A DNA stretch of 44,943 bases, taken from assembly GCA_003135555.1 (NCBI GenBank), contig PLCF01000031.1, positions 576-45,518 on the forward strand, written 5' to 3'. The translations under genes were made by a program, and so were the position numbers. A model generated the notes under the pieces. The model did not search any database. It had not been told where the DNA came from and saw nothing but the letters and a program-made list of their open reading frames with translations. Below are positions 43,982 to 44,943 of this stretch, in pieces (within the stretch, counting starts at the first letter, position 1; every line of letters begins with the position of its first letter). The DNA is from Vulcanimicrobiota bacterium (lineage in GTDB: Bacteria > Vulcanimicrobiota > Vulcanimicrobiia > Vulcanimicrobiales > Vulcanimicrobiaceae).

Positions 43982-44943
43982 ATGTGGAAAAAGCTCAAGA
44001 GGCCGGTTCAGTCGGTCTTTTTGTTGGTCTTGGTCGGCTTGTGCGCATGGGCGATCGTGCCAATCCAGACGAAGATCCATCTCGGCCTCGACCTCCAGGG
44101 CGGCGCGCGCGTCCTGCTTCAGCTCGAGCCGACCAAAGAGGTCCCACAGATCACCCGGGACGTTCAGAACCAGGTCGAGCTGGTGATCGACCGGCGCATC
44201 AATTCCGCGGGCGTCTCGGAGCCGATCATCTCGAAGGTCGGCGACACGCGGTTGCTGATCGAGTTGCCGAAGATCAGCCCGAAACAGGCCGACGAACTCG
44301 AGAACCTGCTCAAAGAGGTGGCCGTCCTCGAGTTCAAGATCTTGCCGCCGCAGGTGAGCCAGCGCGCGCGCAGCGACCCGAAATACGCCGGCACCGTCGG
44401 GCTCAAGCCCGGCCAGCCGAGCCAGGCGTATCTCGACAGCGGGCCCGTGGTCTACAGCGGTTCGGAGTTGAAGAGCGCGCATCCCGGCTTCGGGCAGGGC
44501 GGCGAGCCTCAGGTCGACTTCATCACCAAGAACCCGACCAAGTTCGCCGCCATGACGCGCGACCACATGCAGCAGATCATGGGGATCTTCCTCGACAAGA
44601 AGTGGGTCAGCGACGCGACGATCCAAGGCATCATCTCCACCGACGGGATGATCCACGGTTCGTTCACGGAAGACACGGTCGCTACGCTGGCCAACGAGCT
44701 CAACGCCGGCGCGCTGCCGGTCCCGATCACGATCATCTCCAAGGACAACGTGGGCCCGACCCTGGGTCATGAGGACTTGCAGAAGTCGCTCGTCGCTTCG
44801 ATCGTCGGGCTGAGCCTGGTCCTCATCTTCATGATCGTGATGTACCGGTTGCCGGGCCTGCTGGCCGACCTCGCGTTGTTCGTGTACGTGCTCATGCTGT
44901 TGGCGCTGCTCTCGGTCGCACACGCGGTGCTCACGCTGCCGGG
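43982..44943 (+). CDS. secD: Protein translocase subunit SecD (3' truncated by window end)
   Basis: Manual translation MWKKLKRP...HLGLDLQGG...RRINSAGVSEP...LNAGALPVP...VGPTLG...LTLPG. Confidence 0.93.
   Translation, partial: MWKKLKRPVQSVFLLVLVGLCAWAIVPIQTKIHLGLDLQGGARVLLQLEPTKEVPQITRDVQNQVELVIDRRINSAGVSEPIISKVGDTRLLIELPKISPKQADELENLLKEVAVLEFKILPPQVSQRARSDPKYAGTVGLKPGQPSQAYLDSGPVVYSGSELKSAHPGFGQGGEPQVDFITKNPTKFAAMTRDHMQQIMGIFLDKKWVSDATIQGIISTDGMIHGSFTEDTVATLANELNAGALPVPITIISKDNVGPTLGHEDLQKSLVASIVGLSLVLIFMIVMYRLPGLLADLALFVYVLMLLALLSVAHAVLTLP

Noticed and set aside
1..44943. CRISPR array, tRNA/rRNA, transposase or integrase
   Set aside because: No periodic repeat-spacer array, RNA-gene signature or recombinase motif seen

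Overview
High-GC bacterial window, probably diderm because it encodes a secretin. Gene content and leaderless promoters suggest Candidatus Eremiobacterota, which is inference only. Main blocks: (1) 62-1794, four small membrane-protein genes with duplicated promoter DNA. (2) A GAF-PAS adenylate cyclase divergent from (3) a strongly reduced flagellum-derived type III export/basal-body cluster (3653-21696): mini-FlgB-like, flgC, fliE, a FliF-FliG(middle) fusion, fliH, fliI, lytic transglycosylase, double-retropepsin protease, frameshifted FliK-like gene, one rod/hook-like gene, FliM-like, fliN, fliP, fliQ, fliR, flhB, flhA. No flagellin, hook cap, stator, FliG torque domain, L/P ring or chemotaxis gene is seen in the window. 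The cluster is interrupted by fic, metF, an alpha/beta hydrolase and an SDR, with visible duplication scars. (4) Fatty-acid catabolism genes, a CAP protein and Crp, LysR and TetR regulators. (5) A divergent Tad/Flp pilus locus with a coupled PAS-GGDEF-EAL gene, a TadZ-TadA fusion, two Flp pilins, two prepilin peptidases and a GT-C-like membrane protein. (6) An AbiEi-fusion / nucleotidyltransferase toxin-antitoxin-like pair, a Fur-family regulator and the 5' part of secD. The best candidate novel system is the motor-less flagellar export apparatus, whose separate segments share an upstream GTAAC-N6-GCAAC-type motif. All family calls come from motif recognition by eye; no searches were run.
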